Origin: Candidatus Firestoneibacteriota bacterium
GTDB taxonomy: Bacteria; Oederibacteriota; D2-FULL-39-29; JBBTED01
Reading direction: 5' to 3'
NCBI GenBank assembly: GCA_038042445.1
Contig: JBBTED010000056.1
Location: 1-11,349 of the forward strand
DNA length: 11,349 bases
Under the pieces are notes generated by a model. It was given only the letters and a program-made list of their open reading frames with translations. It was not told the DNA's origin and made no database searches. Numbering within the stretch: the first letter of the stretch is position 1; every line of letters starts with the position of its first letter. This document shows, in pieces, positions 1 through 7,463 of the stretch. The translations under genes and the position numbers were made by a program.

Positions 1-16
1 CCAGCCCTTAATTATT

Positions 17-38
17 GGGCGGATAAATCCGCCCCTAC
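17..38 (-). repeat. GTAG-tagged REP-like palindrome
   Basis: Minus strand reads GTAG-GGGCGGAT-TT-ATCCGCCC: a GTAG tag followed by a perfect 8-bp GC-rich inverted repeat in an AT-rich background. This is the same architecture as 8273-8295. 'ccagccct' at 1-8 may be the end of a partner unit cut by the window edge. Confidence 0.75.
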
Positions 39-84
39 GCGATATAACAAAAAAACACCACGACTGACCCATTACGGAATTTAC

Positions 85-114
85 TGTAAACTTTTTTGTT
101 ACATTAACGTCTAA
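85..114 (+). promoter_or_regulatory. Candidate ECF sigma-factor-dependent promoter
   Basis: TGTAAAC (85-91), then a 16-nt spacer starting with a T-tract, then CGTCTAA (108-114). This matches the AAC-N16-CGT pattern of ECF promoters. It lies 19 nt upstream of ATG 134 in a unit encoding an anti-sigma factor. Confidence 0.65.
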
Positions 115-133
115 TGTTTAAGAGGTGGCAAGT

Positions 134-877
134 ATGAAAAAGCTTATCGTGGTAATAGCAGTTTCACTTTTAGCATACTCAACTATATATGGCGATGAAC
201 CACAAAAAAATGGTGTTGGAAATAATAAAGAAAAACACCTTGGTTTGGAAAAAGACAAACACTTAGGCGAAAAAAGAGATAAAAATATTGATAAGCAAGA
301 AATCTTAGAGCGTATAAAAGCTCTTAAAGAAACAAATCCTGAAAAATATAATGCTCTTATGGGTAAATTACGTGAGAGACTAAAAAACCTCAAAGAACAA
401 AATCCTGAAAAATTCAGGGCATTACTGGAAAATCGCAAAAACAAATTAATGGAACTCAAAAAAGATAATCCTGCGAAATTTAATGAAATGATGTCTAATA
501 GTAATCGTCAGTTACAAGAGCAAAACCCTGAAAAGCATAAGGATTTAATGAACAAACACAAGGATTTCATAATGCGTCTAAAAAAAGATGATCCTGAAAG
601 ATTTAAACAGATAATGGGCAAACTTCGTGAACGAATTATGGAATTTAAAAATAAAAACCCAAAAGAATTTGCAGAACGAATGCAAAATTTGCGCGAAAAA
701 CATCCAGAAATTTATAAGCGAATTATGGAAAAACGTTCACAAAGCGAAAACAAAAATTCTCCGCGAGGTGAACAAAATGAATATAATAAACAAATACCGC
801 CACATAGTGGTGGTGATAAAAATAATGAACAGGGTAGGCAAACACCTTCACCTGCTGATAAAGGAAAAAGAAGATGA
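134..877 (+). CDS. Secreted Lys/Glu/Met-rich helical repeat protein (putative extracytoplasmic partner of the anti-sigma factor; Spy/CpxP- or DUF3106-like role inferred)
   Basis: Start placed at ATG 134 because AGAGGTG (121-127) is a well-spaced SD. N-terminus MKKLIVVIAVSLLAYSTIYG is a typical signal peptide. About 7 repeats with core LK-x-x-NPEK(F/Y), then a low-complexity tail. The stop overlaps the next start (ATGA, 874-877). Confidence 0.8.
   Translation: MKKLIVVIAVSLLAYSTIYGDEPQKNGVGNNKEKHLGLEKDKHLGEKRDKNIDKQEILERIKALKETNPEKYNALMGKLRERLKNLKEQNPEKFRALLENRKNKLMELKKDNPAKFNEMMSNSNRQLQEQNPEKHKDLMNKHKDFIMRLKKDDPERFKQIMGKLRERIMEFKNKNPKEFAERMQNLREKHPEIYKRIMEKRSQSENKNSPRGEQNEYNKQIPPHSGGDKNNEQGRQTPSPADKGKRR
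308..736 (+). repeat. Intragenic degenerate tandem repeat, ~22 aa (66 nt) x 7
   Basis: ERIKALKETNPEKYNALMGKLR / ERLKNLKEQNPEKFRALLENRK / NKLMELKKDNPAKFNEMMSNSN / RQLQEQNPEKHKDLMNKHK / DFIMRLKKDDPERFKQIMGKLR / ERIMEFKNKNPKEFA / ERMQNLREKHPEIYKRIMEKR. Confidence 0.85.
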
Positions 878-1371
878 ATAAACTTTGCAAAAAAACAAGA
901 CAAGAATTTTTTTGTCAGGATGAATTAAACGAAACAGAGAAATCTGATTTCAAAAACCATATTAATACCTGCAAAGAATGTACAAATGAATTTAAAAAAT
1001 TCAACACATTAACTAATATTTTAGATGTTAAAAAAGTTGCAAAAATATCTAATCCAATTTATTGGGCTAATTACATAGTAAAATTAGATGAGAAATTAGA
1101 TAAAAAAGAAAGCAAAATTGCTTGGCAATGGTTAAAACTAAAACCGTTATTAGCCAGTACAACAGTTTTTTTAATAATGCTAATAGTTACAGCCACACTA
1201 TTTGTAGAAAAGCCAGACAAGTCTCTGTTTGAAACCAAAAATTTAGATGAAGAACTTTTAGTTCTTATTGAATCAAACCACAATTCAGAAATATTTAGTG
1301 AAATAGATATGGAAATATTAAATTCTTTGGATGAAGAATCCTTAGACTCAATTTTATTTCAGAATATATAG
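874..1371 (+). CDS. Zinc-finger (zf-HC2/ZAS) single-pass transmembrane anti-sigma factor
   Basis: N-terminal Cys5 plus an HxxxCxxC motif (HINTCKEC), one hydrophobic helix (LLASTTVFLIMLIVTATLFV) after a WQWLKLKP juxtamembrane segment, and a short acidic C-terminal tail. This is the RsiW/RsrA-type layout. Confidence 0.8.
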   Translation: MNKLCKKTRQEFFCQDELNETEKSDFKNHINTCKECTNEFKKFNTLTNILDVKKVAKISNPIYWANYIVKLDEKLDKKESKIAWQWLKLKPLLASTTVFLIMLIVTATLFVEKPDKSLFETKNLDEELLVLIESNHNSEIFSEIDMEILNSLDEESLDSILFQNI

Positions 1372-1420
1372 TGTCATCTAACACAAATAAATTTATATAT
1401 TTTGTAATTGCTCTCAACTT

Positions 1421-3736
1421 CTAATGTGTTATAAAAACTTTCATAATAACCTGATATCGAGTATCATCTCTGATATTATCAAAACTTTTTTCCGTTTTCA
1501 ATTTTTCATAATCACTATAGCCAAGACTTATGGCTTTTTGAAGACATTGAATTGCAAGGTCATTTTCTTTTAATGTAGAAAAAAAACTTGCTAAATTGAA
1601 ATATCCTTCAGGCATTTGTGGGCTATATTCAATTGCCCGCTCATAAGCATTAAGTGCTATTTTAGGAAGACCTTTATGTGCATACGCCAATCCTATATTG
1701 CTCCATGCTGCAGAATCACAAGGGTTAATATCAATAGCCATCTGATAATAAAATATGGCTCTGTCATATTGACCTTCAGTATCGTAAATAATTCCAAGAT
1801 TGTTATAGGCTTTTTCAAAACGCGAATCTAAAGAAATTGTTTTTTCAAAAGATTCTTTTGCATTACTGATATTACCCTTATTCTGGTATGCAATTCCTAA
1901 ACCGTTATATGCTTCAGTTGAATCCAATTTAATTTTAATGGCTTTTAGGAAATTATCTATTGCCTGATCATAAAGTTTTTGTTCATTATAAATAGTTCCA
2001 AGAAGAAGAAATGATTCAAAAGCATAAGGATTATTTTCCTGTGCCTGACTTAAAACGTAGATTGATTTATCTTTATTGCCGTTGGAATAATAAGCTATCG
2101 CCATATTCACTCGTGACCGTTCATTATAAGGGAAGTAAAAAATTGCCTTCTCATACAGTTCAATAGCCTTATCATACATTTTTTTCTTATAATAAACTAA
2201 TCCCAAATTATTATATGCATTTGCATACGTAGAATCATTCTGAATAGCTTTTTCATAAAAAGAAATAGCTTCATCATATTTTTGAGTATGAAAAGATTTT
2301 AACCCTTTTGAAAAAAACTCGTAAGCTTTTAGATTCTTTGTCAGCTTTTCTTTTAATTCCTTATCTTTATTAGAAGTTAAATCTATATTAAGAGCTCCTG
2401 CAATTTTTATAGCCAACTCATCCTGCACACTAAATATATTATCAAGTTTTCCTGCCACCATAACAGTGCCAATAACCTTATCTGTTGTAAAGTCCGAAAC
2501 TTTAGCAATAATCCTTAATCCATCATTATCTTTTTGATAACTTCCATTCACTATTATCATCTCACAAAAATCCTGAGATTCTTTTTTTAAACTATCTTGA
2601 GACTGTAAATTTATAGAATTTATCTGGGACATTTTATTTGTTACAATATCCGTTAAACCTGTAGAAAGCCAGTTTAAATCCTTATCTCCTGTAAGATTAA
2701 CAAAATTATCAATTACAACATTTTTTCTTTCAGGTCTAATATCAACAGGACTGCCAATAGACGAAAAGCTAAAAGAAACTGCTTTAGATTGTATTTGATT
2801 AATTGATGACTCAAATTTTGCTGACTTTGTTTTGATAAGAGACTTTAAAATTATCATAGCTTCAATACGATTATTTTTAGATATGGAATCTATCCTTGAG
2901 ACACAAGAACTCACAATACCATTCTCATCACTAAAAACTAATTTGTCAACTTCACCTCTACCGTCTGTAAACCTAAAATAAACTGGAATCTGTGAAATAG
3001 GAATTAGTTCTTTTTCTGATATGGCAAATGAGATTTTTATTTCCAATGGCTCATTTAATCCAGTTTTCACATAACCCATTTCTGGATTGCCAAGCTTTAC
3101 CATACTTATCCCGTTAAAAGTTTTAATTGCCTGATTAACTATTTGTTCTCCTAAACTCTCTATATCTTCTGCATCTTCAAGAATCTTTAATGCGAAAGAA
3201 TAACTCTGAAAAGCCGCAGCAATCTTTCCATCTTTTTCCTGCTCCAAGCTTTGCTTATATATCTCTTTTACCCGTGTTAATTGTAAAATGTTCTCTTTAT
3301 TAAGTATTTCTCTTGCATTTTTAATTTCTTCCTTTGGATACCATAAAAGTACATATACATCATACAACTTTTTATCTGAAGATTCGTCTTTCCATGCTTC
3401 ATAATATATTTCCTTTAAATGTGCACTTTCAATTTTACCTTTTGAAAAAGTTTCTATCTCACTTTTCATATTGGTATAAATCGTATTCAGCATTAATTCA
3501 TAATGTGCTCTAACTTTAACCCCAAGGTATTGCACTATCCTTATTAAAGCATCATTCACTGCTATTTTCCTACCCTCATCAAGTGATTCGCTTTTTGTAC
3601 TAATGCCAACAAAGTAAAAACCATTAGCAGATTCCGGAGTTTTAGTTATCCATATAGGTTTAATTTCACTGGACTTCTCTGGGAGAGTTGCACAACCACA
3701 TAAAATTATCAAGCAACTAACTATGAGTTTTCTCAC
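1421..3736 (-). CDS. Multidomain lipoprotein: LPP20-like, Ig-like, TolB_N/FlgO/CsgG-like and TPR domains
   Basis: Lipobox LCG-C15. KPIWITK..FYFVGIS..A...AL is LPP20-like. IPVYFRFTDGRG..SDENG is Ig/Big_1-like. VVIDNFVNLTGDKDLNWLSTGLTD...GSYQ...LRIIAKV...IFSVQDELA is TolB_N/FlgO-like. Eight 34-aa TPRs follow (e.g. AYNNLG), then a C-terminal FDNIRDDTRY cap. GTG start overlaps the upstream stop (GTGA). Confidence 0.85.
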   Translation of the reverse strand: MRKLIVSCLIILCGCATLPEKSSEIKPIWITKTPESANGFYFVGISTKSESLDEGRKIAVNDALIRIVQYLGVKVRAHYELMLNTIYTNMKSEIETFSKGKIESAHLKEIYYEAWKDESSDKKLYDVYVLLWYPKEEIKNAREILNKENILQLTRVKEIYKQSLEQEKDGKIAAAFQSYSFALKILEDAEDIESLGEQIVNQAIKTFNGISMVKLGNPEMGYVKTGLNEPLEIKISFAISEKELIPISQIPVYFRFTDGRGEVDKLVFSDENGIVSSCVSRIDSISKNNRIEAMIILKSLIKTKSAKFESSINQIQSKAVSFSFSSIGSPVDIRPERKNVVIDNFVNLTGDKDLNWLSTGLTDIVTNKMSQINSINLQSQDSLKKESQDFCEMIIVNGSYQKDNDGLRIIAKVSDFTTDKVIGTVMVAGKLDNIFSVQDELAIKIAGALNIDLTSNKDKELKEKLTKNLKAYEFFSKGLKSFHTQKYDEAISFYEKAIQNDSTYANAYNNLGLVYYKKKMYDKAIELYEKAIFYFPYNERSRVNMAIAYYSNGNKDKSIYVLSQAQENNPYAFESFLLLGTIYNEQKLYDQAIDNFLKAIKIKLDSTEAYNGLGIAYQNKGNISNAKESFEKTISLDSRFEKAYNNLGIIYDTEGQYDRAIFYYQMAIDINPCDSAAWSNIGLAYAHKGLPKIALNAYERAIEYSPQMPEGYFNLASFFSTLKENDLAIQCLQKAISLGYSDYEKLKTEKSFDNIRDDTRYQVIMKVFITH

Positions 3737-5004
3737 TTTTTTCCCTTTTTTTGAATAATAATGACTTCAACTCTTCTGTTCTTGCGTCTACCTTCTTCAG
3801 TATCATTGGGAACTATCGGATACATTTCACCACAACCCAAACTTTCGAAAATGTTATCAGACAATCCTTTTTTAGATACAAAATACGCTATAACACTATC
3901 AGCTCTCTTTTGTGATAAAATTAAATTAAATTCTTCTTTTCCTATGTTATCTGTGTGTCCTTTCACTTCAACTTTAGATTCAGTATTATTCTTTATTGCA
4001 TTAAATATAACATCTGCTATTTTATCTAAAATGGGATAGTAATCTTTTTGTATTTCATAACTATTTATTGAAAAAAGTATAGCGTCTTCACTTATTGTAA
4101 CAATTGATTCAACTGCTACAATATTTTTTGTTACATTTACACCCGGAAGAAAACTGATGTAATCCAACTTCTCACGAAGCGATGAACTTTCTTTTAATTT
4201 CTCCTGAAGAAAACTGGTTTCAATACGATTATTTAAAACTCTGCTTTGAGAACTTGAATTATCAACTATTGGATTAGCACTTCCAAGCCCTTTAGCTACA
4301 AATCGAGAAGATGGCATCCCTTCCTCCGAAACATAATAGTTTACAATATTTTTTGCTCTTCTTTCAGAAATTTTCTTATTTAACTCTTCATCACCCTGAT
4401 TATCAGTATATCCTACAACTTCAATCTGCCCTATATTGGTTTCTTTTATGGCTTTAGCAATTTCATGCAAATTATCCTTCGCAAAAATACTTATATCTGT
4501 ATTTTCTTTAGAAGTATATCCTAATGACTGGGCATTTGCCGAAATTATAATTTTCTCCACCTCTATTCCTTCCTGAATAGCAATCCCTTTTAAATTTTTC
4601 AAACCTGCGATAATATCCGTATCAGATTGTACAGATGATTTTTCACCAGAAGTTTTGGAAGAAGAACCAGACTTATTTGTTTCATCAATTTTAACACCTG
4701 CCAAATCAATATTTGTACTTGCTAAATCAATTTCAGTACCTGCAATATAATCGTATATGCCAGAAACTATCAAAGAAATACCTCCGACTCCAATAAGATA
4801 TTTGCCTGTATATCCATTCATTTCCTTGTTATTTCCTGCAATAACCCCAAGAGTAACCATACATAATCCCAATATATTGAAATTGCCAGAATTCTGAATA
4901 TAGTTTTTTGGCTTTTTCAAATCTTCATTTTCTGAAGGTGCAGAAAATGCAATACTATTGAATATAAAAATAATAGTAAATATTATTCCATATTTTTTAT
5001 ACAT
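3733..5004 (-). CDS. Exported protein with two OmpA C-terminal-like (peptidoglycan-binding) domains
   Basis: Signal peptide, two Gly-rich hydrophobic segments, then two OmpA_C motifs: GYTDNQG..NKKISERRA..NNRIE and GHTDNIG..NLILSQKRADSV..GRRKNRRVEV. Confidence 0.9.
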   Translation of the reverse strand: MYKKYGIIFTIIFIFNSIAFSAPSENEDLKKPKNYIQNSGNFNILGLCMVTLGVIAGNNKEMNGYTGKYLIGVGGISLIVSGIYDYIAGTEIDLASTNIDLAGVKIDETNKSGSSSKTSGEKSSVQSDTDIIAGLKNLKGIAIQEGIEVEKIIISANAQSLGYTSKENTDISIFAKDNLHEIAKAIKETNIGQIEVVGYTDNQGDEELNKKISERRAKNIVNYYVSEEGMPSSRFVAKGLGSANPIVDNSSSQSRVLNNRIETSFLQEKLKESSSLREKLDYISFLPGVNVTKNIVAVESIVTISEDAILFSINSYEIQKDYYPILDKIADVIFNAIKNNTESKVEVKGHTDNIGKEEFNLILSQKRADSVIAYFVSKKGLSDNIFESLGCGEMYPIVPNDTEEGRRKNRRVEVIIIQKKGKK

Positions 5005-5040
5005 ATATCACAATATTACTTTGGTTTCTCTGCATAAGAA

Positions 5041-5562
5041 CTAATATCTCCAACAAATCAACAATCCTAAATAACCTTTTTCAATATCACCTGAATGATT
5101 CTCATTTTTAATTATTTTCCCATTATTAAAACTTTCTTTAAAAGAAATAGCTGGTTGTGTATAGTATGCACTGGGCGCACCAAATATTTTTATTTCGAAC
5201 CAACTATCAATTATAACACTTGTAGATATCATTAATCCGTCATGTCCACTTAATACAAAATCACTAAATTTACCTATAGCAGCTTTTATTTCAAAAGGAT
5301 TGTCAAATAAAAGAATCCCAATATTGGCTTCTACAACAGGAATAAATCCAAGATACCCAAATATTCCAGCGGATACAACGAAATTATTATTAATAGAATA
5401 TTCATAATATATATGCGATAATGGTATTGTAAATTGTGATAAATGAAGATTTTCACTGTCAGTAGTAAAACCTGCGCCCCATCCCCAATGATCTGTAGCA
5501 TAAGAAATGTGAGCAAACAATATGACGAGGCAAAACATTAGAAATTTATTTAAAAATTTCAT
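5041..5562 (-). CDS. Hypothetical exported protein, putative small outer-membrane beta-barrel
   Basis: Signal peptide (..FAHISYA), Gly/aromatic-rich beta-strand-like segments (WGWGAGFT, YYEYSINNNFVVSAGIFG) and a C-terminal aromatic residue (YLGLLICWRY) resembling a beta-signal. Confidence 0.6.
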   Translation of the reverse strand: MKFLNKFLMFCLVILFAHISYATDHWGWGAGFTTDSENLHLSQFTIPLSHIYYEYSINNNFVVSAGIFGYLGFIPVVEANIGILLFDNPFEIKAAIGKFSDFVLSGHDGLMISTSVIIDSWFEIKIFGAPSAYYTQPAISFKESFNNGKIIKNENHSGDIEKGYLGLLICWRY

Positions 5563-5570
5563 AAAGTTTT

Positions 5571-6701
5571 TTACGGTGCAATAGAATCTAAAGGCATTTC
5601 ATATATACGGTATTTTTTATAGACTTTGCCACCCATTGTAATTATTGCGTCATTCATTAAAGAATTATCTTCAAGTATCCAGGATAATTCTCCACCTTTC
5701 CAACCCAAAGCTTTTACTCTATCGAAAATTTCACAGTAGAACAGCACATCTATTCCTTTTTTCTGATATTCTTTTTTAATACCTAATCCAAATAATCTAA
5801 CTTCATCAATTTTGCGTTTGTAAAATAAAAATTTAAGCATTTCAATTGGTCCAAGTTTGCCATTTAATTTTTTTAGTACAATATTGTAGTTTGGAAGCGC
5901 CATACTTACTGCAACTGCTTTACCATCAACTTCTGCAAAATGAAAAAGTTCCGGAATAATTATGGGTTTGAGTTTTTTTGCCATATATTCTATTTCTGCA
6001 TCAGTCATTGGAATAAATCCCCAGTTATTTTCCCATGCTGAATTATAAATATCTTTAATATTATTCAATTCCTCATCAAATTTTTTCATATTCAAATATC
6101 TGATTTTTATATTACCTCTTTTCTTTATACGCTCTGCCAATTTCAATATTCTTTCAGGAATTCCGTCTTTTGCATAGCGATAGAATGCATATAAATCTTT
6201 TGCTTTTTTGAATCCATATTTTTCAGCAAAATCTAAATAATACTTGGGATTATATGTCATCATTATCATAGGACTTGAATCAAATCCCTCAAGTAAAAAT
6301 GCACATTCATCATTTGTAGTAAAATTAGTAGGACCTCTAAAAATCTTCATATCTTTTGCTTTACACCATTCTTTTGCTTTATCAAAAAGTGCAACAGCCA
6401 CTTCATAATCTTCAATAACTTCAAAAAATCCAAAAAATCCTGTTTTTTCATTGTGAAACTTATTAGAATTTTCATCAATTATAGCAGATATTCTGCCCAC
6501 AACTTCCCCATCTCTTTTTGCAATAAACGACTCAACTTGTGCATGATGGAAAAGTGGATTTTTGTTTTTATCAAACATATCACGTATATCAGAAAAAAGC
6601 GGCGGAACCCAGTATGCATCATTTTTATAAACTTTCCAAGGAAGCTTATAAAATTCATTAAAATCTTCTTTTGTTTTCACAACTTCTATTTTTATTGACA
6701 T
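5571..6701 (-). CDS. GNAT-fold acyltransferase, YghO/bacterial ceramide synthase (bCerS)-like family
   Basis: Family motifs recognised by eye: LPWKVY.ND.YWVPPL, KNPLF.H, VVGRISAIID, GFFGFFE, GPTNFTTNDE, EGFD..PMIMMTYNPKYY, AWENNWGFIP, YQKKGID, ELSWILEDN, YKKYRIYE. Confidence 0.8.
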   Translation of the reverse strand: MSIKIEVVKTKEDFNEFYKLPWKVYKNDAYWVPPLFSDIRDMFDKNKNPLFHHAQVESFIAKRDGEVVGRISAIIDENSNKFHNEKTGFFGFFEVIEDYEVAVALFDKAKEWCKAKDMKIFRGPTNFTTNDECAFLLEGFDSSPMIMMTYNPKYYLDFAEKYGFKKAKDLYAFYRYAKDGIPERILKLAERIKKRGNIKIRYLNMKKFDEELNNIKDIYNSAWENNWGFIPMTDAEIEYMAKKLKPIIIPELFHFAEVDGKAVAVSMALPNYNIVLKKLNGKLGPIEMLKFLFYKRKIDEVRLFGLGIKKEYQKKGIDVLFYCEIFDRVKALGWKGGELSWILEDNSLMNDAIITMGGKVYKKYRIYEMPLDSIAP

Positions 6702-6702
6702 A

Positions 6703-7353
6703 TTAATAAGGCTCCTTTACCTCTAAAATCTTTACATCGGTTTTATTGCACAATTCAAGAGATACATTGTCAAAATAGACAATACCTCTTGGATAATATG
6801 CATACACAACAATTTTTACACACTGAACATTTGGTGTTTTAATTGTAAAATGCTGTTCAAAATGATTCCACTCTTCATAATTTTTTGTTTCGCAGGCTTT
6901 TGAAATTCTGTGTGTTCTAATTTTTTTTGCAACACCATCCACATCTTTGTCTTTAAAACCTTCTACAAAAAGTATAACATTAGGTCCAGGTTTTCCTTTT
7001 TCCAAGCCAATAGTTTTTGCATCAATGCTAAGAGTATAAACTATATTTTGTCCAAGTGCAATATAATCTGTTTCTATCTGCATACCTGAAGTATCTGCTA
7101 TTGATGTCCATTCTTTAGCCGGCTCATTTAATAAAAATTTCACGCATTTACCTGTTTTAGATTCAGTAGTATCCAACAGCATATTTTCGCCTGGTTTTAT
7201 TTTGGCTTTTTGACCTTTTGTGCCCAAAGTTGAATCAGCCCAGGATTCAGGCATTATTTCACCTTTTTCAAAATCTCCATTTGGTATGAGATTTTCAGCG
7301 AAGGAAGGACCGGATAAAAAAACAATACATAATATTATAATGTAATGTACCAT
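6703..7353 (-). CDS. Secreted carbohydrate-binding-module-like (CBM4/9, galactose-binding fold) protein
   Basis: NLIPNGDFEKG..PESW at the start and GIVYFDNVSLE at the end are typical of this fold. ATG 7353 gives a signal peptide (MVHYIIILCIVFLSGPSFA-E). An alternative in-frame ATG at 7461, next to the purQ stop, would add 36 aa including a repeat-encoded peptide. Confidence 0.7.
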   Translation of the reverse strand: MVHYIIILCIVFLSGPSFAENLIPNGDFEKGEIMPESWADSTLGTKGQKAKIKPGENMLLDTTESKTGKCVKFLLNEPAKEWTSIADTSGMQIETDYIALGQNIVYTLSIDAKTIGLEKGKPGPNVILFVEGFKDKDVDGVAKKIRTHRISKACETKNYEEWNHFEQHFTIKTPNVQCVKIVVYAYYPRGIVYFDNVSLELCNKTDVKILEVKEPY

Positions 7354-7373
7354 AAAATGGCATGCAGAAACAA

Positions 7374-7410
7374 ACACTGGATTCCCGCTTACTACACGCG
7401 GGAATGACAC
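7374..7410 (-). repeat. Solo TGTCA-tagged ATTCCC/GGGAAT (dRS3/RPE-like) palindrome
   Basis: acactggattcccgctt-actaca-cgcgggaatgacac is identical to 10857-10888 except for a 5-nt longer loop. Confidence 0.85.
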
Positions 7411-7463
7411 GATATTCAATAAGTATTTACCTATATGCAATATACTATCTACTATATACATTA

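Noticed and set aside
80..117. Short inverted repeats over the promoter (tgtaa/ttaca, acatta/taatgt) as an operator
   Set aside because: Arms of 5-6 bp made mostly of A/T are expected by chance at this base composition.
118..1283. Alternative ORFs 118-459(-), 627-881(+), 712-903(-) and 1071-1283(-)
   Set aside because: They are shadows of the two better-supported + strand genes. Their periodicity only mirrors the repeat protein and they have no motifs.
1371..1420. Bidirectional terminator or repeat remnant (gtgtcatctaacac) between convergent genes
   Set aside because: Only 4-5 bp weak stems are present, with no GC-rich hairpin, and the tgtcat tag has no following palindrome.
4699..4731. 21-nt-period duplication encoding IDLA twice in the OmpA protein linker
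   Set aside because: A two-copy micro-duplication in a linker with no evident significance.
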